From a virus, in IMG/VR virus record IMGVR_UViG_3300049484_000177, positions 1 through 64,000 of that record: DNA of 64,000 nt; one strand, given 5' to 3'. The position numbers were made by a program, and so were the translations under genes. Below the pieces are notes generated by a model. That model saw only the letters and a list, made by a program, of their open reading frames with translations, had not been told where the DNA came from and made no database searches. Of this stretch, positions 9,515-18,099 are shown piece after piece. The first letter of the stretch is position 1, and every line of letters begins with the position of its first letter.

Positions 9515-10837
9515 TCACTCTTTCCAGTCGGACACGCCAACCGGAGCCATGTCGAGGTCCTCGTCCTTGAATCCCTCTCCAACGTTCTGGATCATGCCAG
9601 GCACGCCAGCGTAGTGAGGAATCAAAACCGAATCGTTGTCTTGCCGTTCCTCCTGATTCATCGCCAAGGCCGCCAGCCCGCGCAGCTCATCCAACGATCG
9701 CCCTTCCAGGTAGGACTTGGAGAAGGTATTGCGTTCGTTCTTGGTAATGCGAGAGATCAAGTCGTCCTTCTGACGCCTCTCCAATTCCATCGCATTGGTC
9801 ACCGCCGAACGAATCTCCTCGGGGGCGTCAGCCAGCCACTCCTTCGTCGTCTTCGGCTTCGGCTGCTCATTGGCAGTGACTGGCTTCTTGGCAGGAGCCT
9901 TCTTCTTCGGCTTCTGAACCGGCGGGGGAGGAGGCTGAACGTTCTGAACTTCCTCCTCTTCCTCTTCTTCGTCCTCCTCACCACTCTCACTCATCGCGTT
10001 GACCAGCATTTCCCGCTGGCCATTGAATGCAATGAGTTTGTCCTCCGGCATCGCATTCAGCGCTTCCCGATCCTCTTCAACCCAAGGACCCTCGACATCG
10101 AGTCCCGTGTTCTCAATCAAGTCCTTGATGACCTGATCTTTTTGTTCTTTCGACAGGGGCATAGGTTTCTCCTTTCGAAGGTTAGTGCCCAGACGAAGCT
10201 GCTTATTGGAAGTTGAAACATTCCGAACTAATTCATACCACTGCTTGCCCTGATTTATGTTGACACCACAGCCGTCATTGATTGAGCAGGCTCCTCGCTT
10301 ACCAACAAGAACTGCCAGGTGATCCGGACGATAATTTCGTGCGACGTGAGTATAGAACCGTCCCTTATCATCTATTGCTTTGTCCTTATTCTTCACAGGC
10401 TCGTTATCCGTGAAGAGGCCAGTAGACAATTCTTCTGGCTGCCCTCTCTCTAACTTATTGAGGGTTCGTGGAGCCATCTTCTTGAGACGCTCAACATCGA
10501 ACCAGCCATCAGCAGTTAGTTTACCATTACTCCTAGCATTACGAATCGTTCCTATACCAAATCGCTCAATGATGCCAGGAGAAGAAGCAGAGGTAGGATT
10601 GCCCTTAGAATCAGTGGGGTGATCTAATGTTATCAGGACGCCGTTCCAGGCATCAACCGATTTGGCAATCTCATCGGGTGGGTAATAAAGTTGCCCGCGG
10701 CTGCCATTGAGTACGCCAGGCACAATCATTGTTAGGGGAACGACTAAGTATTGTCGTCCGTCTTCCCCTACAATCCGCGATCGCCCAGATCGATTAGCAA
10801 CGAGCCGTTCAGCAGTTCTTACCACTTCATTGCTCAT
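9515..10837 (-). CDS. Prohead protease/scaffold (DUF2213-like)
   Basis: PGVLNG, WNGVLITLDHP, ELSTGLF and DHLAVL..GACSINDGCG in the N-terminal half; acidic/helical scaffold-like C-terminal half. Confidence 0.8.
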   Translation of the reverse strand: MSNEVVRTAERLVANRSGRSRIVGEDGRQYLVVPLTMIVPGVLNGSRGQLYYPPDEIAKSVDAWNGVLITLDHPTDSKGNPTSASSPGIIERFGIGTIRNARSNGKLTADGWFDVERLKKMAPRTLNKLERGQPEELSTGLFTDNEPVKNKDKAIDDKGRFYTHVARNYRPDHLAVLVGKRGACSINDGCGVNINQGKQWYELVRNVSTSNKQLRLGTNLRKEKPMPLSKEQKDQVIKDLIENTGLDVEGPWVEEDREALNAMPEDKLIAFNGQREMLVNAMSESGEEDEEEEEEEVQNVQPPPPPVQKPKKKAPAKKPVTANEQPKPKTTKEWLADAPEEIRSAVTNAMELERRQKDDLISRITKNERNTFSKSYLEGRSLDELRGLAALAMNQEERQDNDSVLIPHYAGVPGMIQNVGEGFKDEDLDMAPVGVSDWKE

Positions 10838-10852
10838 GCCTTCGCCCTAGAG

Positions 10853-10891
10853 ATACTTGTTAGAATGCACTATCAATAATCTAACAAGTAT
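10853..10891. promoter_or_regulatory. 12-bp perfect inverted repeat (operator-like) upstream of the protease-capsid genes
   Basis: ATACTTGTTAGA-15nt-TCTAACAAGTAT. Confidence 0.55.
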
Positions 10892-10941
10892 ATGGGCAAT
10901 CGCAAGTCAGCTCCCACCAGATTGAAGGTCCTAAAGATGAA

Positions 10942-11208
10942 CTAATCGTCGACATGTAATCTACGACTCATTTGATAACCGCGGCCCTCCTTACATCCAT
11001 TAGCCATCGAGACTAACAGAAGCCCACGATTAGTAACCTTCTTGCGGAGATTAGTGACGTGTACATACAAAACACTAACGTCAGTTAGTTCATCCATACA
11101 TTTATCAATCAGCTCTGCTGCTGTATGTATTCTACCATCAGATAGAACCTCCAACAGCCGACGTTCGGTAAAGGTGAATTCACTCATGTCCAAACCTATC
11201 ATCATCAC
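10942..11208 (-). CDS. Stand-alone OmpR/PhoB-type winged-helix DNA-binding protein
   Basis: FTFTERRLLEVL...VLYVHVTNLRKKV...GRGYQM matches the trans_reg_C pattern; no receiver domain. Confidence 0.65.
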   Translation of the reverse strand: MMMIGLDMSEFTFTERRLLEVLSDGRIHTAAELIDKCMDELTDVSVLYVHVTNLRKKVTNRGLLLVSMANGCKEGRGYQMSRRLHVDD

Positions 11209-11213
11209 ATCAC

Positions 11214-14200
11214 CTAATCGAGAATGGACTTCGGCCTACGACTGCTTATCTTCTTCTCGGAACCGACCCATGAGGATTCTTTACGAGCCTCCTCCAACGA
11301 CTTCTTCTTACCTGGTCGTTCAGCCAGCAACGATCTTTCAATGGACTTAGTAATGCTCGCCTTGGTCTTCTTTTGTTCTGTATCATCCTCTCCTACTCCC
11401 GCAGGAACCCAAGTACATCGACAGTTAGGGTGTCGAGGTAACATACCTCTCGATTCCTTGATACTTACCACTATACCTTCCAATGAAGCACATAACTCGC
11501 AGGGACTTGGATTGCCTTTAGCTGTCAGTCCAAGTTTACTAGTCACCCACTCCACTTGCACCCCAAGTTCAGTCACCCCCATGTTCTCATAACCATCCAA
11601 AGCCCCCTCATTGAAGGCTCGTATAACTTCTGTGTTAGCAATCCTCTCCGACCTTACCCTACCAAGACCAGATACGTCCTTATTCAAATCACGAGCTATC
11701 TCTCTCGGACTCTTACCAGTCACAAATCCATCCACTAACGTCCGCTGCATCTTAGTAGCCATAACATCAGTGACACCCTGCAATTCATTGAGGGCTCTCG
11801 ATGCTAATAGCTTCACCCGTTCCTGGGATACTGGTCTACTAAATGACGAGCGTAGAAACTCCTGCTTTGATCCCTTATAGAAATCGCCCTCTGGTTTCGT
11901 CCAAGGACTGAGCTTCTTGATATAGTCGAAAGCCTTCTCCATACCCTTACCATAAGTATCACGGATGTAGTAGTCCATCCAGTGATCATCAGTTAGGGCA
12001 GTCGTTCCGGCCGACTTCTGTACTAAACGACGATTGATCTGTGTCTTGAGCCAGTTAGTAAATTCATTAAGCTGCTGGTCACGGGTGAGGAATCGCCAGA
12101 TGGTATTGGTAGTTAGTTCATTAGACACTCTACGGCTTCCGATTCGACCTTCTCCTATAACAACCTCATACTCTGACTTACCTCTTTCACCAAGGACTAA
12201 ATCCAAATCCAAAGCAGGCTCATCAACTCGAATCTTCCTACTGTATAATACCTCCCCAAATCCTTCTGCTGTCTGCCTATCCTTTGACCATGATCTAGCT
12301 CCAGCCGCTGCACTAGTTCCTCCACTCTTGATTGATCCTCTATAAACGGTTATCGGTCCAGGATGATACTCAGATAACACTCCACCACTCAACGTATGCT
12401 GAAGCAATAACTTCATTTGCAATCTTAACTTCGCGGATATATGATCATTACCAGACCAATCTGCAACAATCCTCCTCACTAACTGCTTGGCTACTACCGG
12501 ATCATTCAAAATAGTAGGGTCATCATCTATCATACGACCAGTCACTTTCTTCGGGTCCATTTCACTACTTCCACCCTTACCACAACTAGGATCTTTACCC
12601 CCACCTTCGCCGGTTGGACAAAACACATTGAACGTAGCTAAGTCAGTCTTCTCTCTATCACTGCTAGAGTAAGTAATCGACTTGAATTGTAGCTCCACCC
12701 CTTCCAATCCACTCAACCCAACATACTTATAACCAGTCCCAGGCTTCAGGTAGGCCAATGTCAAGTGAGGATGGTAGTCCGGATGAGTTGTAGTATTCGG
12801 TATGATGCCTAGATGAGCATTAACACTCTCTAGGTCTCGGCTATCTACATCTACCTTGAGAACATCAGCATCTGAATTCCTGAACAGAGACACCGAACGT
12901 AGCTCAGCTCTGATTGGCCCATGCTGAGAGATAAGTAGTTGAACCCTATCTGGATCAAGGTCGTGTAGACCATATCTAACTGTCACATGATACTCGTCTT
13001 CCATCTTGTCCACATCAGCGGGGTTTAGTTTAGCCTGCAACTGCTTCAGCTTACTCAAGACATCGGTATCAGTTATATCTACTTGGGTTGAGGCGAAGTT
13101 GAGAGAGAGTTGATTAGTAACTACACTACTACGATCAATCAACCCAACATCCAACCGATTCCAAGTGGCAGTTAATGAAGCCACCTTTACTATATCGCTA
13201 TAAGCAGCGGGGTGAGTTTTGAAAGACCTCCATTCCTTCTTGAACGCGGATGACTTCAATACTCTAATACCAGCAAACTTGGCTCCATATTGTGAACCAG
13301 TTAGATCAATAATAGCATCTTCAGTTTGAACTACTGCGTGCCAAAGATACTTTTGGTTGTTCCTATCACCTCCCAAAAAAGCCTTCCAATCCGGGTGAGC
13401 ATCCTCTGGTAAAGGAGGCTTCAAACCAGTAGCGCCTATCACCCTTGCTTTGATACCTTTATATTGAAGATAAGAAGCCAGCTCACCAGCTACAGTATCA
13501 CACTTACCCTTAGAAACGTCACACTTAGTTAATACATCAGATGGTTCATAACTAATATATGTCTCATCCAGAAACTTACTCAGTATCGGTAGGTATTTCT
13601 TAGTCAACTCCACATCCGATTGAGGATTAACAGGGTACTTACTGCTCCTTCCTCCCCTTCCACATGTCGGATCTTTACCGCCGCCAGGGCCAGTATGGCA
13701 AAATACATTACCAGTAGGCTCTATCGGCTCCCTCATACCAAACACATCAAGCGTTACTAACAGCTCAGTCACATCCTGCTGTAGCAACGAGAACCTACGA
13801 TTGATCTCCTTGATCAACCTATCTCGTTGCAGCTTAGTACGGGTGGGATCTAGTTTGAGAGGGTTTGGTCGTCCGTTAGTCTTGCGGGCGTGGGTGATGA
13901 TAGAATCTTTGGGATCGAATGTCCCTCGGTTGCCTATGGCTGATTTGATCTGTGTTGGTTCAAAAACAACAAACACTCTACTGCCAGGAGTTTGTATCTC
14001 TGGCCAATTATCAACAATCAATCCATCGTGACCTTCGTATTTCGCCCGGTCAAGAGCCTTCGCTTGTGACTCAGTTCTAGTTTCATAATCAAAATAAGCA
14101 GGATTCTCCATCTTCAGATAAACAGGCATTACTTGAGCATTGCCCGGATGATAACCAGTTGCATAATCTGCAAACTTTGAATCATCAGTAAAATAAATCC

Positions 14201-15662
14201 CATTTGCAACTTCTCTGCCACCAGAACTGAATGAAGTGACTTCAGTTCCAGTACCATGATATACAACCAGTGGCTTACCATCCTTATCCACTACCTTACT
14301 CTTGCCAAACCACTTCTTGAATTCAGGAGTACTAGTTACCCCACTACCCTTACCTCCTCTACCACATGTTGGATCTACCCCACCACCTGCTCCTGTAGCA
14401 CAGAAGACATTCGCCACAGGTTGAAATACTACAACCTCCAACTCACCTCTACCAGACGATCTAACAGACACTAATCCATCGTAACCCTTCGCTACTAGAT
14501 CATCTCGCATCCTCTGGGCATTGTCTAATTGTCTCTTCACTATAGCCTGGTGAATCTGTCCACGCGGAGTTGACTTGGCTATCGCTTCTATCTCAGATTC
14601 AGGTAATCTAACCGTCTTGTACTGATCGGACAGATCGTATGCTTGCCGATCTGTTAGTATTAGTGGATTGTGTAGAACTACTATGGTCTTTGAAATAGCC
14701 CCATACTGCTTGGCCCTCACTGCACTAGTTGAATAGTAAACCCCCCTACCAAAATCACCTGGATCAGAGGAGTATTCTCGTCCCTCTATCTTGGGCCGCT
14801 GACCTCGATACATCACCTTGCCACTTTGGAGAGACTTACGCACTCGACTAACAGTCTGAGGAGATAGACCAGATGATTTACCACAACTAGGATCAATACC
14901 CCCACCTTCGCCAGTAGAGCAGAATACGTTAGAGGTTATTTTACTCCTATCAGCCCATTCCTTAGCCAAGGCATACATCTCTGGTGCTTGTTGTTTCAAC
15001 TGCTGGGGACTATGAACATAGACAGCTCCTAACTCTATCACATTCTCAAAGTGACCCTCAAACGAACCATAAATACTTACAGCCCAACCAAATGGACCAT
15101 GCACCTTCGATAATCTGGTGGCTATCTCCTTTCCCAAATCCGGGTCGTTAGAATACACCTGATGCACAAGCTCATGATACGATAAGTGATCCGTAGTAGT
15201 CACCCCAGGGGCCGCTTTGATATTAAGATCCCTCGGGGGTCCTTTACCTAAATGAGGATTGACTACTGTAGCTCTACCTCTACTATGTTCTCCATAGACT
15301 CTGCCCGTAGTGTCATGATCATAAGAAACCTTGCTAACTGATACACCAAAGACTTCTTTGACGGCTTGCGGCATTAGCCTGCTCTTATCCTTTATACCTA
15401 AGCCACAACTAGGGTCCACCCCACCACCAACACCAGTAGCACAGAATACATTCTCCGTCCGACTCTTGTATATCTTCCGCTTACCTGACCTCCTCCTATT
15501 ACGGCTTAGCTTACTCTTCTTCCTACCATACCCGCTTTTGAACATACCAACACACTTAGCAACAGCATGAGCCGTACTCTTGGTCCCTGCTTCCTTCATA
15601 ACGATCGGAACGCAGCGACCAACGTACTTGTCTTGCTTTTCGCCTGGTAGTACAGCGGGCAT
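11214..15662 (-). CDS. MuF (SPP1 gp7-like) minor head protein fused to multiple cargo domains: zincin, three ART-like, papain-like, 2H phosphoesterase
   Basis: C-terminal MuF: RSERIANTE..CELC..PRHPNCRC; cargo motifs HELVH, YRG/YHGT, C..H..D and HVT/HLT; five copies of the repeated motif. Confidence 0.85.
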   Translation of the reverse strand: MPAVLPGEKQDKYVGRCVPIVMKEAGTKSTAHAVAKCVGMFKSGYGRKKSKLSRNRRRSGKRKIYKSRTENVFCATGVGGGVDPSCGLGIKDKSRLMPQAVKEVFGVSVSKVSYDHDTTGRVYGEHSRGRATVVNPHLGKGPPRDLNIKAAPGVTTTDHLSYHELVHQVYSNDPDLGKEIATRLSKVHGPFGWAVSIYGSFEGHFENVIELGAVYVHSPQQLKQQAPEMYALAKEWADRSKITSNVFCSTGEGGGIDPSCGKSSGLSPQTVSRVRKSLQSGKVMYRGQRPKIEGREYSSDPGDFGRGVYYSTSAVRAKQYGAISKTIVVLHNPLILTDRQAYDLSDQYKTVRLPESEIEAIAKSTPRGQIHQAIVKRQLDNAQRMRDDLVAKGYDGLVSVRSSGRGELEVVVFQPVANVFCATGAGGGVDPTCGRGGKGSGVTSTPEFKKWFGKSKVVDKDGKPLVVYHGTGTEVTSFSSGGREVANGIYFTDDSKFADYATGYHPGNAQVMPVYLKMENPAYFDYETRTESQAKALDRAKYEGHDGLIVDNWPEIQTPGSRVFVVFEPTQIKSAIGNRGTFDPKDSIITHARKTNGRPNPLKLDPTRTKLQRDRLIKEINRRFSLLQQDVTELLVTLDVFGMREPIEPTGNVFCHTGPGGGKDPTCGRGGRSSKYPVNPQSDVELTKKYLPILSKFLDETYISYEPSDVLTKCDVSKGKCDTVAGELASYLQYKGIKARVIGATGLKPPLPEDAHPDWKAFLGGDRNNQKYLWHAVVQTEDAIIDLTGSQYGAKFAGIRVLKSSAFKKEWRSFKTHPAAYSDIVKVASLTATWNRLDVGLIDRSSVVTNQLSLNFASTQVDITDTDVLSKLKQLQAKLNPADVDKMEDEYHVTVRYGLHDLDPDRVQLLISQHGPIRAELRSVSLFRNSDADVLKVDVDSRDLESVNAHLGIIPNTTTHPDYHPHLTLAYLKPGTGYKYVGLSGLEGVELQFKSITYSSSDREKTDLATFNVFCPTGEGGGKDPSCGKGGSSEMDPKKVTGRMIDDDPTILNDPVVAKQLVRRIVADWSGNDHISAKLRLQMKLLLQHTLSGGVLSEYHPGPITVYRGSIKSGGTSAAAGARSWSKDRQTAEGFGEVLYSRKIRVDEPALDLDLVLGERGKSEYEVVIGEGRIGSRRVSNELTTNTIWRFLTRDQQLNEFTNWLKTQINRRLVQKSAGTTALTDDHWMDYYIRDTYGKGMEKAFDYIKKLSPWTKPEGDFYKGSKQEFLRSSFSRPVSQERVKLLASRALNELQGVTDVMATKMQRTLVDGFVTGKSPREIARDLNKDVSGLGRVRSERIANTEVIRAFNEGALDGYENMGVTELGVQVEWVTSKLGLTAKGNPSPCELCASLEGIVVSIKESRGMLPRHPNCRCTWVPAGVGEDDTEQKKTKASITKSIERSLLAERPGKKKSLEEARKESSWVGSEKKISSRRPKSILD

Positions 15663-15666
15663 AATG

Positions 15667-15864
15667 TTAGCCCTTCAATTCACCGGACTTCTCTATCCAT
15701 ACCCTGCAGTATTCACATAGAGCGAAGCCTGGGCTAGTCATCACCAAGGTATCCTTACCACACTTCGGGCAGACTGGCATCTTACCTATCACCCTACCAT
15801 GCTGATAATCCCAAGCAGGCAAATCAGTCCTAACGACATTCTCCATGTTTTCAGGCATCGTCAA
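15667..15864 (-). CDS. Small Zn-ribbon protein
   Basis: CPKC...CEYC. Confidence 0.5.
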   Translation of the reverse strand: MTMPENMENVVRTDLPAWDYQHGRVIGKMPVCPKCGKDTLVMTSPGFALCEYCRVWIEKSGELKG

Positions 15865-15918
15865 TGTCCCGAGCAGCAGTGAGCCACCCTACGCAACCAG
15901 AACCGCGGCTTGAAATCA

Positions 15919-16206
15919 TTAGTCCTCATGGAATCGATCCAACCTTTCAAAGAGGTAGTCAAACGCAATCATTGGAACAGCAGCCAACCCCACCACTACA
16001 AACACGTAGAGTAGATTCCAGGTGAAGTAGAATACTAAAGGTAGTACCACCCAATGCGAGAAGCACCACGGACAACAGACTAGCTTATATCCCCAATGCC
16101 AACCCTTAACGAACTGACGAAACGGACGAAATATAAGAGTACGGCTAACGTCCATCGAAATAACAGCCGTAATCAAAGCGGACAGAATCAGTTGTTCAAT
16201 AGTCAC
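15919..16206 (-). CDS. Small membrane protein (DUF1360-like)
   Basis: Hydrophobic helices; IFRPFR and LVCCPWCFSHWV. Confidence 0.55.
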   Translation of the reverse strand: MTIEQLILSALITAVISMDVSRTLIFRPFRQFVKGWHWGYKLVCCPWCFSHWVVLPLVFYFTWNLLYVFVVVGLAAVPMIAFDYLFERLDRFHED

Positions 16207-16432
16207 TCCTCGACTCCGACATCATATCCAAGTTACCAAACAGGTCCTTACAAGCCACCGTTGGAAACTCATAAGGACAATAGACAACACCTAACCTCTT
16301 CCTCAATTCAACAGCATTCCACCCAGCCCTAATTCTAGCAGCCTCTCGATCTATCTGTTCTGGTGTTGGCAGATACCGAGGATTGCTCTTCATTTCAAAT
16401 GGTGGTCCTCGGTGTGATCGATACGTCCTCAT
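16196..16432 (-). CDS. Hypothetical protein
   Basis: YLPTPEQIDREAARIRAGW; fits operon packing. Confidence 0.5.
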   Translation of the reverse strand: MRTYRSHRGPPFEMKSNPRYLPTPEQIDREAARIRAGWNAVELRKRLGVVYCPYEFPTVACKDLFGNLDMMSESRSDY

Positions 16433-16450
16433 GTTGAATCTCCTGAATCA

Positions 16451-16633
16451 CTAAGGTTCCCTAGTGAAATACGTTCGTTGAATCACCTTACCATTTGCAT
16501 CATACTCCATTAGCTCCCCTCCTACCGCATCTTCCTTTTCCGCAGGATTGCCGTTAGCGTCCTGGTAGAAGATCTCACTAGCTACACCGCCGTTAGGTGT
16601 AGCTCCCTCAATCCGCTGACTGGTTGCCATCAT
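16451..16633 (-). CDS. Small hypothetical protein (TPNGG...EYD..G.VI.RTY)
   Basis: AAGGAG RBS before ATG at 16633/16630; overlaps the end of the upstream gene. Confidence 0.55.
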   Translation of the reverse strand: MMATSQRIEGATPNGGVASEIFYQDANGNPAEKEDAVGGELMEYDANGKVIQRTYFTREP

Positions 16634-18098
16634 GTATCTCCTTAGTAACCCCAGGTATAAGTTGCCACCACTGAAAACGGGCTGCATTAGTAGTAGCATC
16701 CCCTAGTAAGAACTGAACAGTTTTGAAAGTAGTTGGCCTCTCTCCCTGTAATCTCGTCATACTCCAAACTTTGCCTTTGTAGAATACCCCAGACTTGCCA
16801 CCAATACCACGTGCAAAGGCTGATGGTCGAGAGGATCGAATTTTATCATACACAGTCACAAATTCAGCAAAATCTTCGGCTCTGCTATTCTTACCATAAT
16901 CAGTCACCGCGTTTGACACCCTATCTTCTTTGCCCGACCATTTAGCAGCTTTATCAATAACCCTATCCTTCAGATTCCAGTTCTTGTTACTATAACTAAC
17001 CTCATGTGCACCAGTAATACTAAACAAGTTATACTCAAGATTATGAGCAGATTCATGAGCTAATGTAGACCGATCCATCGACCTTCCATTATAAACCGCA
17101 ATGCCACCATCACCACCACTAGCAGAAGATACCATAGGTTTTCCAAACTTGGCAGTCCAATAAACATCATTCTTATTTTCCTGGTGTGTTAGTACAATAA
17201 ACTTATTCTGTTCCCACAACCTTGGGTGTACAGTCCTTGCATCCCTCATACTAGTTATAGTAGCAGACTCTAATCCAGTCTCCCAAGCCACATCCACCCC
17301 ATCAACTCTAACCACCCTCATGTGTTCAGCTTTAGTCATACCGTGCCGAAGTACAGGACCGTTACTACCTACCGATTCGTTAAGTAACTCCATAGGAGAC
17401 ATATCACCTATATCATCTCTAGTGAACTCGGGAGCCTTTACACCAAACTGGTCCGAGTGATCCTTCTTCCCTACCTTAGCCTCTTCCTTCTTGGTTTCCT
17501 CTTTTTTGACAACCTCCTTTTTCTTCTTCTCTGCCTTCACCTCTTTCTTCTTGGGTTCCTCTTTATTCTGGTCACCACCACCCTTACTATAACGATCCCT
17601 AATCGTTTGTTTTACACCCTTCAGTTCAGTCGTTATATCATCATACTGCTTCTTGAAGGCTTCCTTTTCTGTACCTTCCGCTTTGTCCATCTTCTTCTTG
17701 ACGTTGAATCGCTTACTCTCTAGGCTGTGAATCTTCTTGATCTCTTCGGGTGAGCCTCCCTTCTTCTTGAACTCTAATACTGAGGTAGGTCTGGTAGTTG
17801 GCATCTTACCAATACCTCCACCAGATTTACCGGGGGAACAGGTAGGGTCAGTGCCACCACCCTTGCCCGTTGGGCAAAACACATTACTAACTACCTCCTC
17901 ATACTCCTCTTCATCCGGATCGAATCCAAGTATATCAATCAGCCACTGCTCGGCCGGAATATCAGGGTCGTCCATATCGAGAGCATCGTCGTTATCCTCA
18001 CCGTCTGGGTCCGGCTGATTTCGCCAGTCCTCTGGATCAACTCCATCCACCCAGGAGACTACAGCATTGCCAGTGTCTAGTTCGTATTCTTGGGACAT
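16608..18098 (-). CDS. Motif-tagged protein: acidic leader, motif, Lys-rich coil, zincin metallopeptidase
   Basis: LAHESAH (HExxH) plus downstream VTDYGKNSRAEDFAE; one motif copy. Confidence 0.75.
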   Translation of the reverse strand: MSQEYELDTGNAVVSWVDGVDPEDWRNQPDPDGEDNDDALDMDDPDIPAEQWLIDILGFDPDEEEYEEVVSNVFCPTGKGGGTDPTCSPGKSGGGIGKMPTTRPTSVLEFKKKGGSPEEIKKIHSLESKRFNVKKKMDKAEGTEKEAFKKQYDDITTELKGVKQTIRDRYSKGGGDQNKEEPKKKEVKAEKKKKEVVKKEETKKEEAKVGKKDHSDQFGVKAPEFTRDDIGDMSPMELLNESVGSNGPVLRHGMTKAEHMRVVRVDGVDVAWETGLESATITSMRDARTVHPRLWEQNKFIVLTHQENKNDVYWTAKFGKPMVSSASGGDGGIAVYNGRSMDRSTLAHESAHNLEYNLFSITGAHEVSYSNKNWNLKDRVIDKAAKWSGKEDRVSNAVTDYGKNSRAEDFAEFVTVYDKIRSSRPSAFARGIGGKSGVFYKGKVWSMTRLQGERPTTFKTVQFLLGDATTNAARFQWWQLIPGVTKEIHDGNQSAD

Positions 18099-18099
18099 A

